Shown piece after piece: positions 1-12,385 of a DNA stretch of 51,969 nucleotides. Below the pieces are notes generated by a model, which was not told the origin of the DNA, made no database searches, and worked only from the letters and a program-made list of their open reading frames with translations. The stretch is from Octopus sinensis (lineage: Eukaryota): contig NW_021834289.1 of the NCBI RefSeq assembly GCF_006345805.1, positions 1-51,969 on the forward strand, given 5' to 3'. Numbering within the stretch: the first letter of the stretch is position 1; each line of letters begins with the position of its first letter. The position numbers and the translations under genes are program-made.

Positions 1-225
1 AATACCCTCTTCCAGAATTGAGGTAGTTTCATGGCAAAGAATTCATCAAGGTATCTTTTTACATCATCCAAGGAATTGAAATTTTATCATTAAGACTATT
101 CTGCAGAGACCTGAGTAAGTGGAAATCCGAAGGCGCAATATCTGGTGAATATGGAGGGTGGGTTAACACATCCCAGCCGAGCTGTAGCAATTTTTGACTG
201 GTTCCCAAAGCATCAAGTGCCGAAA
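1..225 (-). mobile_element. mariner transposase C-terminal relic (frameshifted)
   Basis: Reverse strand reads SQKLLQLGWDVLTHPPYSPDIAPSDFHLLRSLQNSLNDK, then after a 1-nt shift FNSLDDVKRYLDEFFAMKLPQFWKKGI. HPPYSPDxAPSD is the mariner D,D34D motif. Confidence 0.92.
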
Positions 226-699
226 ATGAACTTTCTTATCTTCCATTTTAAAGGGTTACAGAATTAACACGGGTTATAGGAACACAAACCTTCTTCTATA
301 AAAAGATAGCTTAAACTGTGCTCTAAATGGAGGTGTAGTCAAATCCTATTTTATGGACTCAACCTTGTTCTAAAATAAGTCGAAAGGTAAGCTACTATAA
401 ATCGGCACGAACTTTCCGGACAACCCAATATTAAGGTGGAGTGCCAGCAGAATTGTTACAACATCAGACAAAATCTTTAGCAGATTTTCTACTGGATCTT
501 TGTATTCTAAGTTTAAATTCTGCCATAGTTATTTATATTTTCTTCCTTTCTTTAATCTTCTTTATAACTTAATCCTTTAATATATCTTTTATTTTTTACT
601 TGTTTCAGTCATTAGACTGCAGCCATACTGGGGTTCTTCCTTGAAGAATTTTTAATCAAATAAATCAACCCTAATACTTTTTTTTAGTTTTTCTTAGTT

Positions 700-810
700 T
701 TTCTCTCTTGGTACTTATTCTGGGATTGATTTGTTCAACTAAAACCCTTCAAGGTGGTGCCCCAGCATGGCCACAGTCCAAAGACTGAAACAAGTAAAAG
801 ATAAAAAAAA
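700..810 (+). mobile_element. SINE family A, 3' tail fragment
   Basis: ggtgccccagcatggccacagtccaaagactgaaacaagtaaaagataaaa matches the tail of the full-length copies at 23510-23925 and 32425-32860. Confidence 0.8.
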
Positions 811-844
811 ATTAAGGAATTAAGTTGTAAGGAAGATTAGACAC

Positions 845-1000
845 ATACAGCGTTCAGGCTAAATTTCATGATTTTTTTTACATGCCCCCTTTTTTTCTTT
901 TTTTCAAGAACAGCTTGCTGCATTGGTGAACAGCCCTTGGCACTGGAGAGCATAAAGATTAAAGATGTAGATGGGAAAAATTTTAGTTGCAATGTTGATA
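845..1000 (+). mobile_element. 5' end fragment of a Tc1/mariner (maT-like) DNA transposon
   Basis: About 150 bp similar to 1683-1830, both starting (c/g)gttcaggctaaattt...ttcaagaacag...cattggtgaacag...ggagagcataaa. Confidence 0.65.
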
Positions 1001-1641
1001 TCACCTTTTCATTCTTTGATTGAAAATACAAAGAAAAACAGGAGAAAACTGGATCCCATTGGTCTTGTTTAGATGTGCCTAGAGAGTTGTTTACCTGAAG
1101 GTGATTATCCATGATCATGAAGATAGGATGCACTTATATTGATGCAGTTACACAGACACACACACACTCATGAATACACAATCATGTATATTTATATGGA
1201 TCAATTTTCTCTATCTACTGAATATTAATGAACTTTCAAATACTTGCAGTAGAAGTGTTTGAATGTTGTCAACTAACAATGGCAAAGTTGAGTTATGAGA
1301 ATGTTTGATATCTCATGAAATGAATTTAAAGTGAATTTAATAGCTTTACGTGGTATTAAGTGGGCTAGTGTGTGAGTGTATATATATATATATTATATAT
1401 ATATATATATATGTAGGGTGTGTGGTGTGGTGTGTGTGTGTATGTGTGCTTGTGTGTGTATTGGTTCAGATTTTGGCACAAAGTCAGGATTTCGGCCAGG
1501 ATTGATCCCAGTGCTCAACTGGTACTTCTTTTAACAACCCTGAAAAGCAAAGTCAATCTCAGCAGAATTCAGAATATCAAGATGGATGAAATTAGATGAA
1601 ATATCCAATGTCCTAACAATCCTGCTAGCTTGCTTTACACA

Positions 1642-1679
<38 letters not shown>

Positions 1680-1682
<3 letters not shown>

Positions 1683-2822
1683 GGTGTTCAGGCTAAATTT
1701 GATGATGTTTTTCATGTCTACGTTTATTTATTATTTTTTTTTCAAGAACAGTTTGATTCATTGGTGAACAGTCAATGGCGTTGGAGAGCATAAATACTAA
1801 AATTGTAGTCGGGAAAAAGCTAGTTGACATAGAGGATTGAAAGCCATCTGAATATTAGAAAAAGGTTACTTGTATCATGATGAGTCATGCCAGGTGTTAA
1901 AATGCCAATATCATGACTGCTGTTCAATGCTCTATAAACACTGTAAAGCCTGTAAGTTGCAATAAGGACATCACATAAACCAAATTCTCCCAAACTGTAA
2001 TGGTCTTTGGATGTGTCTCCACTGAAGGTGACATCAGGCCATCCCACAATTCTGAACAGGTTCTTAGGATCAACAACTCAGACGGCTATGTAAAACTGCT
2101 GCAGACTGTAGTCAGAGTCTGACTACAGCTTCTGGACAGTCACATGTGTGGCAACATGACTGGTTCTTTGTCATACATCCAAGAGTCAAATGTGGTTGTA
2201 AGAGACTTCCTATGACTTCACCCCAGGTTCAATTTCTGGCCTCCTAATTCCCTCAGTTGTCATCCAATGGATTACAATGTATAAAAATAAAAAAAACGAT
2301 TTTTTCCGTGGCCATTGCCATTACTGCCTGACTGGCCCTTATGCCAGTGACACGTAAAAGCACCCACTACACTCTCGGAGTGGTTGGTGTTAGGAAGGGC
2401 ATCCAGCTGTAAAAACCATGCCAGATCAAGATTGGAGACTGGTGCAACCGTCTGGTTCACCAGTCCTCAGTCAAATCGTCCAACCCATGCTAGCATGGAA
2501 AGTGGATGTTAAACGATGATTATGATGATGATGATGATGATGATGATGATAGAGTGTGGCTGAAAAAGACACCAACCACTCTGCTTCCAACACCAAAACC
2601 AAGAAGGTGGCCACCATCACGGAAGTGTTTGAAGATCTTCACAGGGACACTAAGAAACACATATGCAAGGTTCCAGAATCATCTTCAGGCTATGTTGGAA
2701 GCTGAAGGTAGCTACTTTGAGTAAATTATCTGCTAATCATAATCCAGTTGATATTTTTTGTTGGATAGGATAGTGTGTTTTCTTAACTTTTATGCAAACT
2801 GTGAAGTTTAGCCCAACACACA
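1680..2822 (+). mobile_element. degenerate Tc1/mariner-superfamily (maT/DD37D-like) transposon interrupted by a repeat
   Basis: From 1982: KFSQTVMVFGCVSTEGDIRPSHNSEQVLRINNSDGYVKLLQTVV. C-terminus ...ARFQNHLQAMLEAEGSYFE* ends at 2724. Imperfect TIRs gtgttcaggctaaattt / aagtttagcccaacac. Confidence 0.8.
2315..2550 (+). mobile_element. repeat family D (ggaagggcatcc core, (GAT)n tail)
   Basis: cacgtaaaagcacccactacactctcggagtggttggtgttaggaagggcatccagctgta...ccaacccatgctagcatggaaag...gttaaacgatgat; about 10 copies in the window. Confidence 0.85.
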
Positions 2823-3281
2823 CATATATACACATGCACTTAACCTTGCCCCTACATATTATTGTAACTGAAATGAGGGAGCCTCTACACCAGCAGTTCA
2901 CAACTGTGGGTTCTAGGGATGCATGTGGCCCTCAACGGTCTTCCCTTTATAAATGAAATAAATTTTTCTTTGATTTTTTTTTTTGCTTTATTTCTTATGG
3001 CCTCCTAAAAAAATAATTCAGGTTTTGGATATGGCCCAAATATTAAAAAGATTGAGAACAACTCAACTATAGCTCCATGCAGTTGCTTAGTCAGTAAGAA
3101 ATACCAGCCAATTGCCAATATATATATGCAAGCCCTTTACTCAGAAAATAATGCCCTACAATCTAAAAATAAAAAAAAATAAAAGATACTTGAATAGTCT
3201 AATAAAAAAAATGACAAGGTCAGGACTGAAAAGCCTGTACTCGTAGGTCCTTTCGACCAGAACTAAACAACAATAATATCT

Positions 3282-4310
3282 TTAACCATTTAGCATTTGC
3301 CGAAATGTCCTACACATTCTATGTTGAAACTGGCAAGATCCAGCCCTTCACGCCTTCCCTAAAATATCTTTGTGCAAATAAATAATCATATCATTAAAAC
3401 CTCAAAGCTATAAGATAATATATGATTTATTCAAAACAGTGAATAAATAAGAATTACATTTGGCAGAATAATCTGAATGCTAAAGGGGTTAATGCAGCCA
3501 TACAAAAACGTTGCCCTTTTCAAACCTAGCCAGGCTCATGGGCCCGGTTTCCCGGTTTCTATGGCATATGTGTTCCCCCCCAGCTGCAGAGGATGCCAGT
3601 CCATCACAGTGTTACTCCAAGAAACAAGAAGAGAGAGTGAGAGAAAGTTGTGGCGAAAGAGTACAACAGGGATGCCCCCCCCCCTGCTGGAGCCTCGTGG
3701 AGCTTTTAGGTGTTTTCACTCAATAAACACACACAATGCATGGTCTGGGAATCGAAACCGTGATCCTCCGACCGCAAGTCCGCTGCCCTAACCACTGGGC
3801 CATTGCGCCTCCATTAAGGCAGCCATATCCAGCTGAAATATTTTGCCTGTTCTGTATTCAAGCCAGCCAGATCTGGTTTTCCATACCTATCCTACAATGT
3901 CACCAAAGTCATTCTAGAACTATACAAACACATCATTGAAATCTCACAGTTACAGGATTCAAAACAAGGTGAATAAATAAACATTATATTTGACAAGTGT
4001 AATCTGAGGACTAAAGGGTTAATACAGAAATAATAATCTCATGGCTTATTTCAAGACTGTAAACATCTAATGTGTACTTTCAACCTTTTAGAACTTAAAC
4101 CAGTCGTATCCAACTCAAATATCCTATTTATTTTATGTTAAAACTGGCAGGATCTTGCCTCTCATATTTACCCAGTAATGTCATTCTAGAAATAAACAGT
4201 CACATCATTGAAATTTCAAAGCTATGAGATAATGCATAATTAATTTAAAACAATGTGAATAATAAATAAGCATTACCTTAGACATAGTAATCTGAATGCT
4301 CAAGGATTAA
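3282..4310. mobile_element. three tandem TTAA-flanked (piggyBac-type) MITEs, ~200 bp each
   Basis: Copies at ~3286-3488, ~3815-4018 and ~4084-4306. Ends are TTAA-cc(a/c)tttagcatt ... taatctgaatgctaaaggg-TTAA, with a shared body (cacatcattgaaat.tcaaagcta..agataat). Confidence 0.75.
3505..3813 (-). mobile_element. tRNA-derived SINE family C (tail type C1)
   Basis: Minus-strand head ggaggcgcaatggcccagtggttagggcagcggacttgcggtcggaggatcacggtttcgattcc has A/B-box-like motifs; same body as 17070-17363 and 28319-28625. Confidence 0.88.
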
Positions 4311-4519
4311 TGTTTTATCTAACAACACTTCTGTTCTTTCTTTAGTTTTTCAACCAAAATCTATCATTAGCATCCTTGTTGATGCAATTATTCTTTTAGC
4401 AATCCTGTCTTTAAATTCTACCTGGATGATACAGTCAAAAGATGCCAATGCAGAGTGATTTGTGGTCTTCAGGCACCTTTATCGTCCTCAGCAGGGGTAC
4501 TTCCTACTCATTTGTTGAT

Positions 4520-4727
4520 ATCTTATCTTTTATTTGTTGCAGTCATTAGACTGTGGCCATGCTGGGGCACCACTTTGAAGAAGTTTTAGTCAAATGAAAT
4601 GCCCCTACAACTTATTTTTCCTTTAAGCCTGGTACTTATTCAATCAGTCTTTTTTGCTGAACCAGGAATATAAACAAACCAACAATGATCATGAAGTGGT
4701 GGTGGGAACAAGCACAGACACAATAAT

Positions 4728-4762
<35 letters not shown>

Positions 4763-4765
4763 CAT

Positions 4766-4804
<39 letters not shown>

Positions 4805-4993
4805 CACACACACACAAACACACACACACACACATATGACAGGTTTCTTTTCATTTCTGTCTACCAAATCAACTCACAAGATGTTGGTCAGTACAAGGCT
4901 ATTTTAGAAGACACTTGCCTATGGTGCTCTGCAGTGGGATTGATCTTGGAACCATGTGGTTAGGAAGCAAGCTTCTTACCATACAGCCATACC
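4520..4993 (-). mobile_element. SINE family A (tRNA head, CORE-like centre, internal microsatellite)
   Basis: Head, core (ggcaagtgtcttct) and tail (ccagcatggccacagtc) all present on the minus strand, diverged. Confidence 0.8.
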
Positions 4994-5629
4994 TTCTTTT
5001 CTTTGTATTATATCAATTATTCTTTTTTTTTGTTGCATTATTAATCTGTATTTTATGTTTTTAGCCACTTCATTTACTGTATTAGTGTGGGTGTATGTGT
5101 GTGTATATATATACATAAACACATATACATACACATGCATATATGTACATACATATACATACATTATATATATATATACACATACACGCACATGCATATA
5201 TAAACATATGTATATATATTCATGCATATACATACATTATATATATATAGTCTTTTATTTGTTTCAGTCATTTGACTCTAGCCAAGCTGAAAATCAAATT
5301 GTCTAAAGCATTGAATCTTCCACATGCCAAACAAGTTCACTGTACTCTTTGTCATCCTCATCATCGATTTAATATCAACTTTACCTATGCCTACACAGGT
5401 TGCACGGAGCTTACCAAAGCAATTCTCTACAGATTGTAGCCTTTCCTGTTGCCAACTCTTAGCTGTTTCCGAGTAAGGCAATATTTCCCCCATGGCCTTA
5501 ATGTTTACACAGAATACTGGAAATGAATGACAATCATTTACAACACTCAAATGATCAAGATTAGGACACGCACACACATTGTGTGTGTGTGTATACAAAC
5601 AATCACAATAAGCTACTTTTGGTTTTTTC

Positions 5630-6025
5630 ATTTGCTTACCAACCACATGGTTCTGGGTTCAGTCCTACAGCATGGCACCTTGGGCAAGTGTCTTCTACTA
5701 TAGCCTTGGGCCGACCAATGCCTTGTGACTGGATTTGGTAGACGGAAACTGAAACAAGCCCGTCATATGTATATATATATACATACATATATGTATGTGT
5801 GTATATATGTTTGTGTGTTTGAGTTTGTGCCCCCCAACATTGCTTGACAACCAATGCTGGTGTGTTTACATCCCTGTAACTTAGCTCTTTGGCAAAAGGG
5901 ACCAATAAAATAAGTACCAGGCTTACAAAGAATAAGTCCTGGGGTCGATTTGCTTGATTAAAGGCAGTGCTCCAGCATGGCCACAGTTAAATGACTGAAA
6001 CAAGTAAAAGAGTAAAAGAGAGAGT
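5630..6025 (+). mobile_element. SINE family A
   Basis: cttaccaaccacatggttctgggttcagtcc...ccttgggcaagtgtcttctactatagcc...ccagcatggccacagttaaatgactgaaacaagtaaaagagtaaaag. Confidence 0.88.
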
Positions 6026-6529
6026 AAAAGTCTTTGGCCAGTCCATGGCTACAGTAGATGACCTGCAGTGAGACTGAACCTGAAACTATTTGGTTCAGAA
6101 GCAAACTTTCCAGCCACACATCCATGCTGCTTATATATTTTCTTTTTTGTTTCCTTTTCAGACATGCTGTACTCAGACCAGTGTCCATTCTTGACTGGTT
6201 CTAGTAACATCAGTTTTTCTATGAGAAGAGGCTATTGTCTATTCTTCAAGATAGAAAATTCTGCAAGTGGTTCACTCAAAAATTCCTCTCACAGAGTAAT
6301 GTAGCTGATCTGAGAGAGAGAGAGAGAGAGGGAGAGAGAGAGAGTGAGAGAGAGAGTGAGAGAGAGTGAGAGAGAGAGAGGGAAATGAGAAGGAACCTCC
6401 ATAAGGATTGCTCATAGAGCAATTCGAACTCAAAGTGCAGAGAACCAGGTCAAATCACATGAAATTCTATCTTTCACTGTTACAACTGTACTATTTTACT
6501 TGTTTTGCATGTATCTATATATGTATTGC

Positions 6530-6735
6530 CTGACTGGCGTCGATGCTGGTGGCACGTAAAAAGCACCCACTACACTCTCAAAGTGGTTGGCATTAGGAAG
6601 GGCATCCAGTTGTAGAAACATTACCAGATCGGATTTGAGCTTGGTGCAGCTGCTGGCTTTCCAGTGCTCAGTCAAATCATCCAACCCATGCCAGCATGGA
6701 AAGCAGATGTTAAACAATGATGATGATGATGATGA
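6530..6735 (+). mobile_element. repeat family D
   Basis: ggcacgtaaaaagcacccactacactctc...ggaagggcatccag...gttaaacaatgatgatgat. Confidence 0.85.
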
Positions 6736-7354
6736 GTCTTTTATTCTTAAAGAACACTGTTTTAGAGGGTTCGTTTTTAGTCAAAGAATCAACCTTAGGA
6801 CTCATTCTTTGTAAGTCTAGTACTTATTCTATTGGTCTCCTTTGCCAAAATACCAAGTTATGGGTACATAACTATACTAACATTGGTTGTCAAGTGATCG
6901 AAGTGGGGACAATCACAGACACACATACATACATATAATATATATATATATATAATTACAAATTGAGATAGGGGTTGTGAGTTGCAAACCCACCATGGGA
7001 TAACATATATCCATATACTGCCAGTAAAGCACCCAAACAAAGTTAATACATAAATGTTAAGAATTGCGAGGCAATTAATTCATTTACTGTATTACATGGG
7101 CAAAGGTTAAAATGTTTTACCGCAAATTAATAATACAAAATAAGAAAATGGAGCAAGGTCAAATATATATGTTTGACCTTGATGTTCATATGTAATTGGT
7201 TAATAAATTATATGAATGGGATTATTGGTAGTTGATTATTGATTAAGGTGTATTTCTCCATTTTCTTATTTTGTATATATATACATATATATATATATGC
7301 ATATACATATATATATATATATATATATGTATGTGTATATATATATATATACAC

Positions 7355-7516
7355 AGAATGGGATTCTTTCAGTTTTCATAACCAAACCTGCTTACAAGGC
7401 TTTGGTCAGACTGAGGCTACAGTAGAAGACACTTCCCCATAGTGCCATGCAGTGGGGCTGAACCTGGAACCATGTGGTTGGGAAACAAGCTTCTTACCAC
7501 ACAGCCATGCCTGCAC
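7355..7516 (-). mobile_element. SINE family A, head and core fragment
   Basis: Reverse complement of the head/core; a second, similar fragment lies at ~8075-8225. Confidence 0.75.
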
Positions 7517-7521
7517 CAGTG

Positions 7522-7554
<33 letters not shown>

Positions 7555-7654
7555 ATAAATTTAAAATAATAATAGTAGGAATATAATACCAAGGAAAAAT
7601 TCAATTTAGCAATTCTAAATCAAATTTCACAATATACAATATATGTAGATATTA

Positions 7655-7890
7655 AGAGGAATAACCACTATTAAGCAATTCAATAGTGAAAGATATCATC
7701 TATATTATATAGAAAAAATTTTAATATATTATAATAAATATTATTCAAAAAATCAATAAATTAAATAAACATGTTTATTTAATTTATTGATTTTTTAAAA
7801 TAATATTTATTATAGTATGTTTAATTTTTTTCTATTTAATATAGATAATGTCTTTCACTATTGAATTGTTTAATAGAGGTTATTTCTCCT
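7655..7890. repeat. AT-rich spacerless imperfect palindrome (~235 bp)
   Basis: Centre at 7771/7772 (aataaattaaataaaca|tgtttatttaatttatt). Arms continue to ...ttcaatagtgaaaga / tctttcactattgaa... Confidence 0.85.
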
Positions 7891-8395
7891 AATTATATAT
7901 ATATATACACACACACATATTATGTGTGTGTGTCTACTTGCAGAACCATGTTTGTAACAATTTGTATAAACATTATGTATTTTATGCAGTTGGCCCATGT
8001 GGTCAATAAAGGAACTATTATTTTTTTTATAGTAGAGACAAAGACAGAACTTATAGTATGGACTAGAGAGAATGGGTCTCTTTCAGTCTCTGTCAACTAA
8101 ATCTACTCACGAGGCTTTTGGTCAGTCTATGGCTACAGTAGAAGATACTTGCCCAAAATGCTACTGAGTGGTACTGAACCTGAAACCATGTGGTTGGGAA
8201 GTAAACTTCTCAACAATACGTCCACACATATGTACATTGTTACCTTTTCAGTCACTGCTGTATTCAGATCAACGTCCATTCTTGAATGGTTCCAGTAAAA
8301 TATCGGTTTGAATATATATATATATATACACAATATCATGCATTCTTTCTTTATCCTCTTAATATAAATCTGCATGCAGCCTCATAAAACAAATC

Positions 8396-8427
<32 letters not shown>

Positions 8428-8857
8428 TAATAATAAGCAGTTATTTTTATTGCCACAACGGTGACAGATGAGGGAGATAATACAAGAACAACTTACAAAA
8501 ATTTATATCAAAATCGAATGAAATGAAATGAAAAATTATGGTACATAATACAGTTTACAAAATATGATAATGTTGTATGACAAAGGGTGCCACATAGGCC
8601 AAGAGAAAGGACCATAAAGGTTCAAGATTACCCAGACTTTGAAGGATAGACACTCTCTCCTAGTCGTCATTTCGAAGCAAACAATGCAAAGAGTGTACTT
8701 GTTAACTCAAGCTATATTTGCCTTCTTCACTCAACACTCAAAGCACAGCGCTCTCTCTCTCTATCTCTAAAGGCATTTTCGTACAGCATTTGTTAACCTT
8801 AAGAATATTTGTTAACCCAGCACATGCTCATTAACCTAGAAAACATCTGAATGTTTC

Positions 8858-9086
8858 TAACCCTTTAGCATTAAAACTAGCCACCATAACTGGCCCAAAT
8901 ATTTTGCCCGTTTCACATTTCAAACTAAACCAAATCTGGGCAGTCACACCTGCCTGACAATGTCATTCTAAAAACATACAATCGCATCATTGAAATCTCG
9001 ATGCTACGAGATAACAAGTGATTAATCCAAGACAGTGTGAATAAACAAGCATTACAATTGCTAGAATAATCTGAATGCCAAAAGGG
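8858..9086. mobile_element. piggyBac-type MITE, same family as 3282-4310
   Basis: taaccctttagcatt ... taatctgaatgccaaaaggg. Confidence 0.75.
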
Positions 9087-10129
9087 CGAAGCATGGTTCA
9101 TGGGAACATTTTTTTGTTAAGGTGAACACTTTAGGTTAACCTTGAACATTTTCGTTAACTGTGAACATCCTCGTAAATAGTGAACATTTCTATGCATGTT
9201 TACCAAGATGTACCATGAATAATATGTAATAAAAGTAGTAGCATATTTATCATTGTCATCATCATCATCATTCATCATCATCATTATTATATATTATTAT
9301 TATTATTACATATTTTTATTCATTCATTTTTTGAATGATTTTTTTTTTCCCTCTTGTCCAATTTGATGTTGCTGCAGAGGTTGTTGCTACACTTTGCAAT
9401 AGTTGTTGTTATTCTTTAAATTCGGGTTGTTGTGATTATGATTTTTACCATTTTTTTTTTGTTTTTGTTTGTTTCGTTTTTGTTTTTGTTATGTTCTACC
9501 TGTTTTAGCTGCTATTGATATTGTTAATTGTTACAAATTGTTGTCGTTGTTATTGTTGTTGTTGTGGCTTTTATCATTTGTTAATATTGCAGTTATGATG
9601 CAACAACAGCAACAACAACAAAAAAACTGCAAAATATTGATTTCTAGAGGGTTGTAAATATTGAGGCAAGGGGAGAGGAAAGAAAAGAGTACGTTGCGTA
9701 ACCACCACCACCACATAGACACTAGAACAGTCTTGACGTACTTAACAGTAACAACCCTGGAAGGAAGAAAGGAAAAGCCAACTTTAGCAGATTTTGAACT
9801 CAAACTCTAGCAGTTTAATTGGCTACCATAAAGTATTAATAATTATTTATTTATTTTTTTGCTAAATAATGATGACAATAAAAAAAAAATTTCTTACATA
9901 GGTACAAGATAAGAAATTTGAGTGGAAGGCAGCGGATAAATTATCAACCCTCCTCAAACTCATACTTGACCAGTAACATTTTATTTATCCAAAAAGATGA
10001 AAAAAGGGCTGGTTGACCTTAAAAGGGATTTGAAGTTAACTGCAAAAAACAAAAGGCTCATAAAAATATTACAAGGATATTATCTACTGTTCCAATGATT
10101 CAACCACCTAATTTTAATAATAATAATAA

Positions 10130-10328
10130 TGGTTCAAAATTTTGGCACAATGCCAGCAAGTTCGGGAGATTACATCAACACCAGTACTGAACTGGTACTT
10201 GTTTTATCAGCCCTGAAAGGATGAAAGGCAAAGTCAACCTCGGCAGAATTTGAACTCAGAACGTGATGACAGACGAAATGCCGCTAAGCATTCTGCCCAG
10301 TGCGCTAACGATTCTGTCAGCTCGCTGC

Positions 10329-10330
<2 letters not shown>
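10130..10330 (-). mobile_element. SINE family B
   Basis: Contains ctgaaaggatgaaaggcaaagtcaacctcggcagaatttgaactcagaacg, the reverse of the family B head and central domain. Confidence 0.85.
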
Positions 10331-10363
<33 letters not shown>

Positions 10364-10624
10364 TATAATGACAAACAAAGAATAACAAATGAACAAATAT
10401 GTGCTTTTTTTAAACATAGTGTTTATAATAGATTAAAAAAATTCAGTTGTTGACATTCAAACAGTTCAAAGCAGGTAAAAAAAAAGAAAAAAAAAGGGGG
10501 AGACTGCAAGTTTTACTTCTATTTCGATGGTTTAGAAAAATGATGAATATTGCGCAATTTCCTATCTGTCTGAGGCATGGGCATGTATGCAAGCATGTGA
10601 ATGCATATATCTGTATGTGTTGAT

Positions 10625-10672
<48 letters not shown>

Positions 10673-10852
10673 TTATGTGTTCTATCGAAAAATATTTATG
10701 CTGTTCGAAATTAATATCCCTTTCATTTAACGCATGCTGTTTTTTTATTAGCCCTATTTTATTTATGAATGCATTACATTTCTACCTATGTGCACATGAA
10801 TTTGTGTGAGTATGTATGTATGTATGTATAAAGTTATAAACAACAGAAATAA

Positions 10853-11170
10853 TTTAATGAGAATTTATTTAACAATAAGAAAATTCAAATGTCATAACCA
10901 ATTGTTTCGTAACTTAAAGCAAGTAAAAGATAATTTATATTATTGTATTCAATAATAAATAAATTGCATGTCTGCATTAATGCAAAATACAAAAACAAAA
11001 TTTTTTAACAATACAGAAATGTGATCTTTTGCATTTTTCATTAATACATACATGTAAGTAATTTATTTATCATTAAATATAATACTATAAATTATCTCTG
11101 CATGCTTTAAGTTACGAAACAATTTGTCATGTTATTTAAATTTTCTTAGTGTTAAATAAATTTTCATCAA
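10853..11170. repeat. AT-rich foldback / imperfect palindrome (~320 bp, MITE-like)
   Basis: caattgtttcgtaacttaaagca (left) versus tgctttaagttacgaaacaatttg (right); the flanking arms also pair. Confidence 0.8.
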
Positions 11171-12301
11171 AGTATTTCTCTTTTATTTATGATTTTATAC
11201 ACTCCCTGTTTTCTCTTGTATCGTACTGTATATTCTCTATGTCTTGTAGAATGCTACATAAAGAAGCCTTTTTATGAGTACTACCGGATTACTCGAATCC
11301 ATATAGTGTCAAATTGATGTGTGTATATAGTTTATTGAAACTAAAATTTCATTTCACAACTTGAGTTTCATGCCTCTACAATTTTCAAGCAAAAACATGT
11401 ATATACATACATACACACAACATACATATATACATATAGATATATATATATATATATAATATATATATATATACCCACGTATATATTAATGCACATAAAT
11501 ATATGTATTCTTATAAAAATAATATATATATATATACATACATATATATAAACATACACAACACCTATATATATATATATAATATTATATAATATATATA
11601 TATATTATATATAATATATGCAATGTATATTACAAAACACATTGAAGACAGACTGAAGTTTACAGCCCAATAAAACTGGGGCTAATTGGGCTGATAGTAT
11701 AAGTCTTCCTTCTAGATGGGACATCATTTAGCTGCATGGTTAACTCGCAGCTGCTGGTGATCAAGTCAACTGAGAAAAAAAGCAGCAATGCATATATCTA
11801 AAAAATGCATACACACACACATATATATATGATTGTGTGTGTATAGTATGTATGTTGTATATGTATGTGTATATAAATTTGTGTGTGTGTGTGCTGTGTG
11901 TGTGTTGTGTGTGTACTTATACACAGACATATGGATATATATGAAAATACATGCATGCAAACATCTGTATATAAAATCAAATAACTATCTATATATTTAA
12001 TATCCTTATCTATGCATTTACTTGTGTTATTAGAAACGTGGCACTGCTTGTGTGTATGTATAGAATGTATTACAATTGTATTACGGATGTGATGACAAGC
12101 ATACATGAGTGTATGTAAATGTGTGCAAGTGTGTTGGCATCTGTGTTTTATGTATATAGAAAGCAAGTAAGAATTATATAGATAAAACATCTATATAATT
12201 TAATATTTTTTATTCATTTTTTGTTTATTATTTATATTATTTTTTTTTCATCTTTTTACATATCCACACCAGCAGGTTATGTAAATTACTTCAATTGTAA
12301 T

Positions 12302-12307
12302 TTTATT
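12302..12307 (-). promoter_or_regulatory. candidate polyadenylation signal AATAAA
   Basis: Plus-strand tttatt about 80 nt past the TGA of the minus-strand gene. The background is very AT-rich, so this is weak. Confidence 0.3.
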
Positions 12308-12385
12308 AATAAAACCTTACCAAAGCTGATATTAGCATATTTTTAGCTGAAAATATATTATATACACCAAAAAGTGTGTATATAA

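Noticed and set aside
5278-5646. 122-aa ORF with a minus-strand GTAAG donor near 5410
   Set aside because: No recognisable protein, it starts in a SINE, and the splice-like motifs are expected by chance.
6155-8310. ~60-bp similarity between 6155-6215 and 8247-8310
   Set aside because: Diverged and most likely fragments of another dispersed repeat; no structure or termini visible.
8420-8700. Possible L1/Tx1-type LINE 3' end on the minus strand
   Set aside because: Too degenerate to support without alignment.
11645-11712. Hairpin cagcccaat/attgggctg downstream of the stop, considered as SECIS or pre-miRNA
   Set aside because: Only 9 bp pair well and there is no SECIS core. The TGA follows the natural end of the domain.
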